A DNA stretch of 62,982 nt, filler included, from Olpidium bornovanus S191 (lineage: Eukaryota; Fungi; Olpidiomycota), in NCBI GenBank assembly GCA_017911155.1. It is 32 parts of 32 records of this genome, joined end to end, with 100 filler letters (N's around TTAATTAATTAA, not from the genome) between each part and the next. Parts side by side here need not be neighbours in the genome. Positions count along the whole stretch, not along the records: positions 60,451 to 61,808 come from JAEFCI010010961.1; positions 61,909 to 62,982 come from JAEFCI010009688.1; 30 more parts are not named here. One strand, 5' to 3'. Under the pieces are notes generated by a model. The model worked only from the letters and a program-made list of their open reading frames with translations. It did not search any database and was not told where the DNA came from. The position numbers and the translations under genes were made by a program. Shown in pieces: positions 61,315-62,982 of the stretch; within the stretch, counting starts at the first letter, position 1, and the number at the start of each line of letters is the position of its first letter.

Positions 61315-61355
<41 letters not shown>

Positions 61356-61386
61356 AAACTTTCCCCGTTTCCCCCGTCCCCCGCAC

Positions 61387-61514
61387 CGTATCCACTGGTC
61401 TCGCAACGCGGTGTATTCTTCTTGGCCGGCGGTATCGAGCACCTCGAGGACACACGGCTGGTTGTCTATGACGACCTGTTTTCGGTAGGAATCCTCTATT
61501 GTTGGGTCATAGGT
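61387..61514 (-). CDS. RAS2: Ras GTPase (fungal Ras2/RasB-type), one clean exon; downstream exons look garbled
   Basis: [43 protein letters not shown], bounded by CAG and GT. Effector loop YDPTIED and G3 DTAGQ are present. Confidence 0.93.
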
Positions 61515-61589
61515 CTGGCTTTCGTGGATTGGCGGAGGGGAGGGAGAAGAAGGTGGGGGGGGGAGAGTGGGTGAGGTCAGGAGCGTGGG

Positions 61590-61626
<37 letters not shown>

Positions 61627-61687
61627 CCGAATTTGGGGGGAAAAAAAAAAAAAAAAAGGGCGGGGGGGGGGGGGGGGGGGAAAGGGG

Positions 61688-61722
<35 letters not shown>

Positions 61723-62104
61723 CTTTTTTTCCCTTCCGAGCCCCGACGGCGACGGTTGGGGGGACGGGAGAGGAGGGATTTCGCCCGGTTATCTGGCTTA
61801 GGAGCGAANNNNNNNNNNNNNNNNNNNNNNNNNNNNNNNNNNNNNNNNNNNNTTAATTAATTAANNNNNNNNNNNNNNNNNNNNNNNNNNNNNNNNNNNN
61901 NNNNNNNNCATGGTTCTCTCGTTGACTTCCGTTGCGCGCGCAAGGCGAGCGAAACTGGCGACCAGGAGAACCGGACTTTTGCTGACCGGCAAAACTTGAG
62001 TTTGAGATGAGCTGGTTTATCGGGCTGCGTGTGTCTGGGCCACCCTGCGGGATGCCAGTAACTTCGTGGCTGCCGCTCGTGCGCCCGTACGCGTGTCGAG
62101 CCCA

Positions 62105-62801
62105 TCACTTTTTATCCGCCTGCATTTTCGCCTCAATCTCCGCTTTTTTCGCCGCCGCCGCTCGTTCTTCTGCCGCCTTTATTTATTTATTATTTTACAA
62201 TGTTTAAACGAGAAAGGCGCGAGGGCAGGTAAGGCTTGTCAGAGTTTGACAACGAACAACAAAACTCAAGTGCAGAGTGTGGTTGCCAGACGCACTTTGT
62301 TCTTAGACCTCATGATCTCTGCGTCACTGTGGATGGAAAGATTAGGTAAACCTATTTCTTTTCGTGTCGCGCACAAAGCTTTTCCCGCATTGCTGTGATC
62401 TGCCGAACGCAGGATTGCGTCCGGGCGAAAACCCCCCCCCCCCCCGGGCCTTCCGGCGAGAATGTCTAGGCCGCAGCATACGTGACACACTTCGATCGGC
62501 TCACCGGAGGACACTTTACCTTTCTGCCCGCTTTTTGAAGGCGGTCTTGTCTTTGTTCTTTTGTGCGGCGCGCTCCTGCAACTTCTTGTTGTTCTTCTCC
62601 CTATCGCGATCGCGCTGGTTGCCACCTGTTCGACGGCAGAAGACGAAGAAAGTTGGTTCTGGTTAGGTCAAGTGGCGGGAAACCCCCCGGCGGCGAAAAA
62701 AAAAAAAAAGGAAGGGCTTGGCGGGGGGGCGAACGTATATAGCTGAGGGCGCCTCCTCGATGCGCTGTGGAAAAAAAAAAACGCAATAACTCACGGGTCA
62801 T
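62105..62801 (-). CDS. SERF: SERF/4F5-family small EDRK-rich factor, complete; exons 62795-62801, 62520-62625, 62296-62326, 62105-62176
   Basis: MTRGNQRDRDREKNNKKLQERAAQKNKDKTAFKKRAESDAEIMRSKNKAAEERAAAAKKAEIEAKMQADKK*, with the MxRGNQR and DAEIM signatures and phase-compatible introns. Confidence 0.92.
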
Positions 62802-62937
62802 GGCGGAGGACTCGGGACAGTCTTTTATCGGACCCGGGCAGCTCCGGGACCCACGCTACCGCCTGGCAAAGAGAGGAAGCGCGGGGCGGCTCCGGCAAAC
62901 GCCCGATTTGGACGGGGGGGGGGGGGGGGGGGCCCGG

Positions 62938-62972
<35 letters not shown>

Positions 62973-62982
62973 GGGGGGGGAG

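Noticed and set aside
1-62982. Gene clustering or operon-like linkage between neighbouring genes (e.g. copia next to gypsy, ARL3 near TUBE1)
   Set aside because: Neighbours are separated by artificial spacers and come from unrelated contigs.
1-62982. Many long Arg/Pro/Gly-rich ORFs in the six-frame track (e.g. 33611-34660, 28956-30152, 15940-16713)
   Set aside because: They are antisense or off-frame shadows of GC-rich exons or products of homopolymer runs, with no family motifs.
1-62982. rRNA, tRNA or CRISPR arrays
   Set aside because: No conserved rRNA blocks, tRNA cloverleaf/T-loop motifs or repeat-spacer arrays were recognised.

Overview
This window is not contiguous DNA. It is 32 short genomic fragments (about 1-3.5 kb) joined by 31 identical 100-bp artificial spacers (44 N + TTAATTAATTAA + 44 N), so gene neighbourhood across spacers is meaningless. 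The DNA is eukaryotic, GC-rich and intron-dense, with short GT-AG introns, CTAAC/CTGAC-like branch points and very long homopolymer runs. Fungal-type genes (YHM2, Ras2-type [18 protein letters not shown]-type cystathionine enzyme) occur with centriole/cilium genes (epsilon-tubulin, ARL3), which points to a flagellated early-diverging fungus such as an Olpidium/chytrid-grade organism (inference). Recognisable, mostly partial, spliced genes: STYX-like DUSP, ARL3, YHM2, TUBE1, PAN2, PPP1R21, RAD17, a SIM-rich STUbL candidate, ISWI, CLPTM1, ZNF511, a Cys/Met PLP enzyme, a DH-PH-FYVE GEF, a NUDT5-like Nudix enzyme, PSF1, DnaJ, an NDR kinase, a SAC2-like phosphatase, SAS10, CDC16, a large NAD-GDH, Ras2 and SERF. 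There are also Ty1/copia and Ty3/gypsy remnants, solo LTRs and a minisatellite-mosaic fragment. The most notable signals are a chromodomain in frame just upstream of a copia-type RT, a spliced CRIB motif in frame with an NDR kinase, a FERRY-subunit (PPP1R21) homologue, a stand-alone copia gag split at a U8 slippery run, and a GDH resembling the bacterial/protist large type. All homology calls are by-eye motif recognition; no database search was run.
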